Source: Fonticula alba ATCC 38817
Lineage: Eukaryota; Protista; Nucleariida
Strand: one strand, 5' to 3'
DNA: 17,120 bases
NCBI GenBank assembly: GCA_000388065.2
Contig: KB932206.1
Positions 9,015 to 17,120 of the stretch are shown piece by piece. The number at the start of each line of letters is the position of its first letter. Position 1 is the first letter of the stretch. Made by a program: the position numbers and the translations under genes. The notes beneath the pieces were generated by a model, which was given only the letters and a program-made list of their open reading frames with translations, did no database searches and had not been told where the DNA came from.

Positions 9015-9060
9015 GGGGGAGAGAGAGGGGGAGAGAGAGGGGGAGAGAGAGGGGGAGAGA
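9015..9060 (+). repeat. 12-nt minisatellite (GGGGGAGAGAGA), about 4 copies, inside a purine-only tract
   Basis: G5 runs at 9015, 9027, 9039 and 9051 separated by AGAGAGA. Confidence 0.9.
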
Positions 9061-9651
9061 GGGAGGAAGAGAGAGAGAGAGTGATCGCGGGCATGTAGGA
9101 ATAGTTGTGGCCACTGCGGCGAAGAGGAGCGAGGCGTCGAGATATGCCCAAGGCGGCGGTGGAGCACCGCGAGGGGGTCCGGGCCCGGGGTTTCATTTAG
9201 GGCCCCTCTGGGCTGGCCCTCCGGCACAGATTCCCCCCCCCCCCCCCCCCCCCCCCCCTCCCCCTACCCCACAACCACTTTGGCCAGCCGCCCGCAACCA
9301 ATGGGTAGCCCAACGCCAGCCCGGTCAATCGGCTTTGGAGAGCCCCAGCACTTTTCCCGACGGAGGGCGCCTTTCTCCGGGCGGGGAACAGGCGGGGCTG
9401 GTGTCTGGAGTGTATCCAGGGGGATGGTGCTCCGTTGGCATTCGCGGAGTATGCTGCGCCATCAAACAATGCCCCCCCGCCCGCCCCAATGTCCTCCCCC
9501 TCCCCCCTGAAGGTCTCCGGGATATTTTCGCCCATGGAAAGACTGTGCATGATTTGGCCCGCCTTGCGCACCAGCACGCCCGCGCCGCGAGCCTTTTCAA
9601 GCCGGCCCGTGGGCACCAGATGCGAATCAATTGCCCTCCAGTCCTCCTCTT

Positions 9652-9654
<3 letters not shown>

Positions 9655-9692
<38 letters not shown>

Positions 9693-9700
9693 CCCCCCCC
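9655..9700 (+). repeat. (TC)18 followed by poly-C, upstream of the UBR start
   Basis: Read directly from the sequence. Confidence 0.9.
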
Positions 9701-9808
9701 TCGCCCTGTTCCTCTCTTTCCCTCCACCTCCTCCCCTCTCAGCCACTTCCCTCGCCCCCCGGTCATTTGGCTCTTCCTTCTTCTCCGACTGCTTGGACCT
9801 CCTCAGCC

Positions 9809-12639
9809 ATGACGGGGTTTGAGCTGTTCACCGGTGAGAGCTGCTCACTCTCCCAGCTGAGCCTCCACATGCAGGGCCTGTTGATGGGCTTCGCTTTGAG
9901 TCTGCGCACCGAGAAGCACACCCCACCGTCCGGGCCCGACATTTCCTCCATCGCTGTCTTCGCCGGGAATTTCTTCTCGTGCGTTGCCTCTCCCGCCCAC
10001 TGCCTCGCACGCCCCTTTCCTCCGCCTGCTTCCATCGCTGTCCGTCGCTTGCTCGGGAGTGCCTTTCTCTTACCCTTTGTTTCGTCTCTCTCTCTCTCTC
10101 TCGGTCTCTCGGAACCCTCAGCGCCCTGCAAAATATCACACATACCTTCACCCATGAGGTCAGCACCACTTCGGAGTTTGCCATTCGCTACCTGCTGGCC
10201 TTGTATCTCTTCCGCGGAGATGTCAGCCTTGCCAACCAGGCTGTCAATGGCCAGCTGCCAGGCATGATCTCCAATCGCTGTTCGACGGTCTTCGACAAGA
10301 ACGACGTCTTCTATCGCTGCCAGTGCGTCCCCTCCTGTTCCCCCCCCCCCCCCCCCGCCGCCCTCCCCCCCACGGCGAGACATAGCATGCCTTTCTCATG
10401 GGCTCTATGCTGACCGCCTTTTCTCGTCGTCACACCCAACCAGGGACTGCTCTTCCGACGAGACGGTGGTCATCTGTGCCGAGTGCTTCGACGCCTCGGA
10501 CCATGATGGTCACAATGTCACCTTCTACACGGACTCCACCTCCGGATGCTGTGACTGTGGCGATGTCACTGCATGGACTCGCCTGCCCAAGTGCAAGATC
10601 CATACGGCGGCGGCCGGCACGGAATCCAAGAACAAGCTCACAGCCGACCAGTCCAACTACATGATGCATGCCATCCATGCACTACTCTAGTACGTCCGAT
10701 TGCCCGGCTCCCCTGCCTCCGGCTCCCTGCCCTTTCCGTTCTTTTCGCCCCCCCCCCCCCCCCTTCCCCCGGCCAGGGCATGCCTGTCGTCTGGTACTTA
10801 CCCGTTATGATTGTGCATGGCAGCTTCGCACGGGACATCCTCCTTCGGCACAAGATCCCCCGCGCGCATCAGTACCACGACTTGACCTACTTCCCCCGGT
10901 GCAAGGTCCCGCATTATTCTCAGTCCGAGCATCGGCCCTCGCCCTACGAGAATCTTCAGCGGGTGGCGTACACTCCGCCGATGCACCCTTCGCCCAACCA
11001 CTACACGATGCTCTACAATAATGACATCAACACCTTCGATCAGGTCATCCACTTTGTGCGTTCTTTTCTTCTCCCTTTTTTTTTTTCCGTTTGCTGAAGG
11101 GCCTCCGGCCTCGGAAGACGAAGCATGCCGCCTTGGCAGCCGCTCGCTCGGGATACTGACCTGCTTCGGCACTTCCCTCCCCCCACAGTTGGAATCCAAC
11201 CGGTTCATCAAGTCCAGTGAGCAGGGAAGCGCGATCGCCGAAACCATCGACGAGATTGTGCGTATCCCGTGCCGTTATGGGTATCCCGCTGTTGTTTGGC
11301 GCTCCCAACTGACCCCCGAGCCATTGTTTCCGTCACGCACCCTGCCCTTCCCCTCATCGTGGCGGCCCGGCATCAGGGTCGTGCGGTCATCCACATCTCG
11401 CCTGTGCTGCCCAAGGACCGTCTTGCCCAGCTGGCCAACTTCGCTCCTCTTCAGGCGTCGGTCACCTCGCAAACGCAGCTCCAGTCCGAGCTGGTCGTCG
11501 AGATCCTCCTGTCGAGCCTTTTGCAGATGTGCCAGAGCAGCGCCTGTATCCGGAACGCCACGTGCCGTGCCTTTGCCGAAGAGTACCGCCCGGTGCCGGA
11601 CTCGGTGTTTGATGAGCTTGGTACGTCCCCCCCCCCCCTCCCTGTCACCGTCGCTTCTGCCGCTTCCCCACCTCCGGCCGTGGTCTTTTGTCTGCCCCCT
11701 ACACGCGAGACACATACACACACACACACACACACAGCCGCACCCACACATATCCGCCCAGTCCACGCCCGAGTCTGACTCCTGATGACAGCCACCATTA
11801 CTCGGCGTTTCCGTCTGTTGAATTCCTACCTCAACACGTCTGTCTTCCTGTGGAAGCGTGTTCGCAACATCATCCTGTCACTGCTTCTGTCGACGGTTAT
11901 CATCTCCAATAAGCGACACTTGGTGATCACCTGTATGCATGCACAGACACACACACACATATGACATGCGCCTTCCCTCCCCTCTGTCCTCTGTCCACTC
12001 ATGCCCTCCCTCCCGCACCCCTCGGATGACGCTATCCAGGTATGGAGTTTGTCATTAGCATCCCCTTGCTTATGAACAATCTCGTGCTCATTGACGCCGA
12101 GACAAACTTCAACATCTTCTACATGATCACCCAGGTGCGCTCTCTCTTTTCATCAAGATATCCCTGATCCCGCCGCTTGGCTGCTGCCAAGCCTTCCCCC
12201 CCCCCTCTCTCTCTCTCTCCCTTCCCCTGTCTCTGACCCATTCGATCGCTTGCCTCTTCTGGATGGGCAGATCATCAGCTGTACCGAGATGACCACCCTC
12301 TTCCGGTGCCAGGAGTGGATCCTGTCGACGCTTATCCCCGTCTTCAAGAAGGTGCGCTTCCCTCCATCCCCCNNNNNNNNNNNNNNNNNNNNNNNNNNNN
12401 NNNNNNNNNNNNNNNNNNNNNNNNNNNNNNNNNNNNNNNNNNNNNNNNCCCGCCGCTTGGCTGCTGCCAAGCCTTCCCCCCCCCCCCTCTCTCCCTCCCC
12501 CTTCCCCTGTCTCTGACCCATTCGATCGCTTGCCTCTTCTGGATGGGCAGATCATCAACTGAACCAAAATGACCCCCCTAATCCGAAACCAAGAGAAAAT
12601 CAATTCCCCGCTTTTCCCCGCCTTCAAAAAGGGCCCCTT

Positions 12640-12670
<31 letters not shown>

Positions 12671-15600
12671 CTCCGCCGCTCCTTCCTCCCTTGCTCGCCA
12701 ATCGTGCCGTCACTCTTTCGCCCTTCCCCCTCCCCCCCCCCATTCTAATGTCCTTTGCTTGGCACATAGCTCCCTGCCGGCAGCAAGTCCCGCCAGCGTT
12801 TCAATGAGATGGTCCATCGTGCTGGTGATGCGCTTAGTACCCCTGAGGCTCACCGCAATGTTCTAGACACCAAATCCCTGCAGATGTACGTGCCCCCCCC
12901 CTCCCCCCGCCCCCCAGGGAAGTTCTGCGAAACTGTCGCCGGCCTTTGTCAGCCTCCCCTCCCGCTCCCTACTCTGACATTCTCGCAACCACCGATTTCC
13001 GTCGCAAAATAGCATCATCGACCTCGCTGGCTGCATGATTTCCCAGACGGTCTTCACTCGCCGGACCACATCGCACGTAGAAATCGAGAACCTTGAGTGG
13101 CCTACTGTCTTCAACAGCATCATCCACTTTTCCCAATTGGCCAATGCCTTTATCAACTGCTTCCGTTCATCCACCCGTGCGTGCCTGTGCCACCCTCCTG
13201 CCCTTTCCCTCTCTCGGGCCGCCTTCTCTAATCTTTGGCATCCCCCTTGGCGCCGGGCCCCATTGAATGCCCATAGCCCTCCAGCGGAATGAGCTCCTGC
13301 GTCACATCTACAAGCAGCTCCCCATGAAGGACTATGATCCGCTCTTGAACCCGGACACCGGTCTGCTGGATCACTGCATCAGCCAGCAGGGGGTCATCGT
13401 CGCGATCCCACTCTCCTGGACCTTCTCCAAGATGGTCTCCGCCAAGGCCATCACCTCGCTGTGCGTCTCTGTGTCCGCTGCTCGTGCCCCCCTCCTTGCG
13501 TTCCCCATGGGGCACTTCTTCGCCGGCCGCTTGTCGCTTCTCCGCGCGCCTTCTGACCTTCCTGCGTCTTTGCCAACCCTCCGCCCCCGCCCCCCCCACC
13601 CCGCCCCCCGCACCCCCCCCCCCCCTTCCAGAGAGCCCATTATCGCAGCCCTCTGGCCTTCGGGCGACCCATCAATCCATGTCCAGCGGACCATTCATCC
13701 TCCACTGGCCATCTTCGCCCTGAGCGCTCAGTTCAATGCCAACCTTTGGCGGCGTAATGGATCGTCCTTCACCGAGATGCTGCTGTACTATCGGTCGTCC
13801 CTGTTGCAGGAGAACTCCTCAATGGGCGATCTGTTCCTGATGCAGCTGGCTGCCGCCGGGCTCATGGACGCGGATGTGCTCGTGCGCCAGGCGGCCAAGC
13901 ACTTCGGCCTGCTTGAGTGGCTGCTCCCGGGTGGGGTGCCGCCCTCTCGGACCCGGGCTCTCAGCTCGGGCGACGATGGGGAGATGTCATCGCTGCCGCC
14001 GCTTTTGCGCCCGCGCGCCCCGCCCTTCGACCTGGACAATACCCTGGCTCTGATTGAGGAGTTCCTGATCTTCCTGTCGGCCTTGATGACTGATCGCCTG
14101 GCCGTGGCCCAGCAGGGAGACCTGCACACCTACTCGGATGCCATTTGCAAGCTGCTTCTCACCCAGTCCATCTTCAGTGGCATCAAGCGCCATTCGGAGA
14201 TCATGTCTACCCTGCCGTCGGACTTCCAGAGCGACCCCCGGTCGCGTGCTCTCCTGGCCTCGATCACCGAGCTGATTCCGGCCGAGCCGGGCACCGCGGC
14301 TGCCAGCAATCCCAACGCGGTGGCCGGCAATCACTGCAAGCTCCGCAACAGCTGGCCCATGCTGGGGTACTTCAACCCGAGCAACATCCACATGTGCCGC
14401 ATGCGTCGGAGCCGGTCGGCTGCCACGGTGCTCGGCATGATGGCCAGCCTGACGCCGGGGGACTTTGTCCCGGCCTCGCTGCCGGTGCCTGGGCTCCGTG
14501 TTCCGGGCGACAAGCTGCTGTCCACCGTCACCCCGGCGCACTACCACTCGCTGCTGGATGCGCGACTGGATTTCCTGCACGAGTATCAGATCCGGCCGGC
14601 CCTTGCGCGGCTGCCGGCCAGTGTGGCCCAGTGCCGGAAGGCGCAGGCCGGCCTCCCGGGCCTTGCCACGCCCCGTGGCTTGCAGGACTTCGCATGCAAC
14701 GAGTCTCTGCTGGCCATTGTCCATTCGCTGCTGGCCACCTTCTGTGTGGCGTATGATGCGAGCTTCGCGCGCATCCCGCCGCCCAAGCGGTCCGGCGACA
14801 CGGAGGCCCTCACCTCGCCGTCCATCATCGCGCAATTGCTGCAGCTCCTGGCCGATGCCCTGGCTCTGGAGTTGGTGTTCGCTGAGACCGAGGCGGGTGC
14901 CGGCCGGGGCCGGCGCTTTGCCGGGCTCCTGACCACCCTTGCACTGCCGATGTCGGACATCGACTTGTCCGAGAGCCAGCGCTTCTCGATGCCGTCGCTC
15001 CTGCGTCGGTATCTGGCCCGCGGGTCGGCCAGTCAGGCTGGACCATCCTCCCCGCAGGGGGATGCGACGATGGCCAATGCCGAGGCGCCTGTCATCGGGC
15101 CCCCGGGCGCCGGGCAGTTGGCAAGCAGCCCGGCCACCGTGGTCGACCTGCTGGCGTATGTGCATTTCCGCCTGACCCATCGCGATGCGCCAGGCGCCGG
15201 GCCGGCATCCGCCAGTGGGCCGGCGGCTCCGGCCGATGCCGATGCCGGTCTGAGCCAGTCGGCCGACTATACCAAGCTCCTGGGCTATATGTCGTGGATT
15301 TCGGCGGCCCTCGATCGCCTGGGGCTTGGCGAGTGCCTGACGACCGCCTATGCGGCCGTCACGGCGGCCAATGATGCGCTGCTGGCCGAGGCCGGTGTTG
15401 GGGCCGCCAGCGACTCGGCCTCCAGCCCGGCCCTGTCGGCCGAGGAGGCTCAGCGCCGCAAGGAGGAAGAGCGCAAGCTCCGCTGGCAGCGGATCCTCGA
15501 CAAGCAGAAGGCCTCGGTGAGCACCTTCATGGCCAACCATGAGGACCTGCTGAAGGACGGCCTCTTTGAGGATGAGGCGGCGTCGGCCGGCGTCTCGGAT

Positions 15601-17043
15601 GAGGAGGGCCTGCAGGTGGGACCCGATGCCGGGGCCGGCCCCGGGGCCGAGCCGGCAGCCATGCGCCCCGTGCGCGATGGCATCCACCCGTTCTTCACCT
15701 TCTCGCGAAGCAACTCGTGTGCGGTGTGCCGCGAGGCGCTGACCCCGGCCGCCCCGGGTGGGTATATTGGCCTGGTGCAGCACTCGTCGCTTCCGCGCCG
15801 GCAGTTTGCCATGTTGGATGTGACGGCCGCCCCGAGTGTGGCCTCGAGTTTGCTGGACTCGGCTGACATGGCCGCAACCGGCCCCCCCACCCCCCGGTCC
15901 ATTGCCACGGCCGAGACCGGGCACCAGGCCGCGTGTAAGCGCATCGACGCGCACCTGGCCGCGCGCCTGGACCCCAAGGCCCCGGCCTCCGAGCAGCTGG
16001 TCGATGTGGACCTGAACCAGCCGTGGCCGGTGCAGCGGTCCTGGACCCCGCAGCAGTCCAACTGCTTCGCCTCGACCTTCACCTCGCCGGCCGGGTCCTT
16101 CGTGTCGACCTGCGGACACACGATCCACTTTGGATGTGCCGCGCCATTGAAGCGCATCCAGGTGGACATCGCCGAGCCCTATCAGTTCCTCCGGTGCCCC
16201 GTCTGCCAGGAGACCTCGAATACGGTCCTGTCGTTGGCGGCCGGGCCGTTGATTGCCCGGCAGCTGCCGGCCGTGGCGCCCTTCCATGCGTGGCTGGCCA
16301 CGGCCTCCGGGGCCGGGTACGACCAGCTGGTGGACTTCCATGTTGGCCGCACGGCCTTCACCCAGGCGGACCTCCTGCCTGGGCACTTTGCCCACTTGAC
16401 CAAGAAGCATTTGACCCAGTGGTGGACGGCCCAGCAGCCGGGGCACTTGCTGGCCCTCTTCTTCGAGGTGCTGTCCCTGGGTCCCAAGGTGGCTGCGACC
16501 GGGCCGATTCCTGGGCACCTCCTGCGGCCGGTGGCCCAGGACCCCACCCGGGCTCCGGGCCTGGCGGCCTATGCCCAGATGGTGACGGCGACGAAGGCCC
16601 CCGGCGGGCCGGCCTGCCGAGCTCCGCCGGTCCCGGCCTTCCCGGTGCCGGTGGTGGCCGCGGCCCTGACGCACCAGCCCCTCAGCCCCCTGGTGGATGA
16701 CGGGTTCTTCTTCCCCCAGGCCATGCCGGACAATATCCAGTCTTTCCGCCTGCGGAATCTCTTCCCCCGGGTGTTGGCGTGCTCGGTGCTGGCACACACC
16801 ATCCGGTCGGTGGAGGCAGCCCAACGCGGCTGCCGCCACCCAACCACCGGCCTGACCCTGGTCGATGCCGATGGCCGGGCCATTTCCCGCTCCGGCGACA
16901 TCACTGGGCTCTTCCTGGAGACGATCGGCCTGCGTGATGTGTTGGCCTTGCGCACTGCCCTGGACACCTTCGCTCTGGCGGCTTTGCGCACGCCGCTCAG
17001 CCTGCCGGCGCTGGAGTCCAACGCCCTCGCTCTGGCACGCATG
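9809..17043 (+). CDS. UBR1: UBR1/UBR2-type N-recognin E3 ubiquitin ligase (N-degron pathway), 3'-partial, at least 1785 aa in window
   Basis: join(9809..9978,10122..10322,10444..10689,10824..11055,11189..11257,11377..11620,11792..11932,12040..12134,12271..12351,12770..12885,13013..13176,13277..13460,13632..17043) = 5355 nt, all phases consistent, next donor GTGAGT at 17044. Contains the UBR box, a ClpS-like domain, FLWKRVR, RRTTSHVEIENLEW, NLWRRNG, a basic helix and a split RING-H2 in the canonical UBR1/2 order. Confidence 0.95.
10279..10603 (+). other. UBR-box zinc finger (type-1 N-degron binding), split by intron 10323-10443
   Basis: CSTVFDKNDVFYRCQDCSSDETVVICAECFDASDHDGHNVTFYTDSTSGCCDCGDVTAWTRLPKCKIH. 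The Cys/His ligand pattern and the acidic pocket residues (D-x-T, CDCGD) match the UBR-box consensus. Confidence 0.95.
11002..11463 (+). other. ClpS-like (N-) domain of the UBR protein, encoded over three exons
   Basis: YTMLYNNDINTFDQVIHFL...EQGSAIAETIDEIGRAVI...PLQASV aligns with the UBR1-type pattern YCVLFNDEHHSYDHVIYSL...IDKEGR...PLHVEV. Confidence 0.85.
11709..11736 (+). repeat. (CA)n microsatellite in UBR intron 6
   Basis: Read directly from the sequence. Confidence 0.85.
12373..12448. other. Assembly gap (76 N)
   Basis: Run of N inside UBR intron 9. Confidence 1.
12449..12650 (+). repeat. Degraded direct copy of 12169-12370 (intron 3' end plus UBR exon 9), offset exactly 280 nt; probable assembly artefact
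   Basis: Ungapped alignment: 3 mismatches in the first 102 nt, then 22 in the 81-nt exon copy. The copy has an in-frame TGA at 12560-12562 and the donor is changed to GGCCCC. It begins immediately after the 76-N gap. Confidence 0.9.
13632..17043 (+). CDS. 3412-nt exon 13 of the UBR gene (absent from the supplied ORF track)
   Basis: I translated the frame with codons starting at 13633; it has no stop up to the window end, so the ORF caller omitted it. Strong C/G third-position bias; encodes WRRNG (13747-13761), the basic region and the RING. Confidence 0.93.
15451..15537 (+). other. Basic-rich region (BRR) helix preceding the RING
   Basis: QRRKEEERKLRWQRILDKQKASVSTFMAN matches the position and pattern of the UBR1/2 basic region upstream of the RING. 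Confidence 0.75.
15718..16206 (+). other. Interrupted RING-H2 domain
   Basis: CAVC (15718-15729), a 127-aa insert, then STCGHTIHFGC (C at 16111, H 16117, H 16126, C 16135) and CPVC (16195-16206), followed by SNTVL. Confidence 0.9.
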
Positions 17044-17120
17044 GTGAGTACTCGGGCCCGCGTGCCTTCTTTTTCCCTCCCTCTCTTTCTCTTTCTCTTT
17101 CTCTCTCTCTCTCTCTCTCT

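Noticed and set aside
8954-10267. 437-aa plus-strand ORF
   Set aside because: It is mostly translated microsatellite and poly-C. Only 9809-9978 (UBR exon 1) is supported as coding.
12551-12631. Mutually exclusive alternative exon, or RIP/APOBEC-edited duplicate, of UBR exon 9
   Set aside because: It has an in-frame stop and no donor, and its substitution spectrum includes many T>A and C>A changes. A sequencing or assembly error explains it better (see finding).
13987-16839. 950-aa minus-strand ORF, the longest in the track
   Set aside because: It is the in-register antisense shadow of UBR exon 13. Antisense stops need sense TTA, CTA or TCA codons, which are rare under this GC3 bias, and the ORF ends exactly at a sense TCA (13987-13989). 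The translation is R/G/A/Q-rich with no domain features.
1-17120. tRNA, rRNA, CRISPR arrays, transposon ORFs or terminal repeats
   Set aside because: No cloverleaf with A/B boxes, rRNA-like segment, spaced repeat array, transposase or RT motif, or TIR/LTR pair was seen by eye. tRNAscan-SE, Infernal and RepeatMasker runs would be needed to exclude them formally.

Overview
GC-rich, intron-dense eukaryotic genomic DNA, not prokaryotic. The introns are 100-194 nt, with GTRCGY-type donors, CTRAY branch sites, YAG acceptors and C-rich bodies. This style fits a GC-rich protist such as a Fonticula-like opisthokont, which is inference only. Three plus-strand genes can be reconstructed by hand with consistent splice phases. 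(1) 1734-4243: a 585-aa protein with an N-terminal PH domain and probably a degenerate, insert-split DH-PH module. (2) 5806-8894: an 820-aa 12-TM MFS transporter (MFSD4/FucP-like) with a long N-tail and a very large central loop. (3) 9809 to beyond 17043: a UBR1/UBR2-type N-recognin E3 ligase (UBR box, ClpS-like domain, WRRNG motif, basic region, split RING-H2) that runs off the window. Its 3.4-kb exon is missing from the ORF track because that frame has no stop before the window end. There is also a candidate minus-strand spliced unit (5110-5644) head-to-head with the transporter, and a degraded tandem copy of a UBR exon across an N-gap that is most likely an assembly artefact. I found no tRNA, rRNA, CRISPR array or mobile element. 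I see no clear evidence of a wholly new system. The best leads are the putative pseudo-RhoGEF, the divergent spliced unit, the altered ClpS pocket and the expanded transporter.
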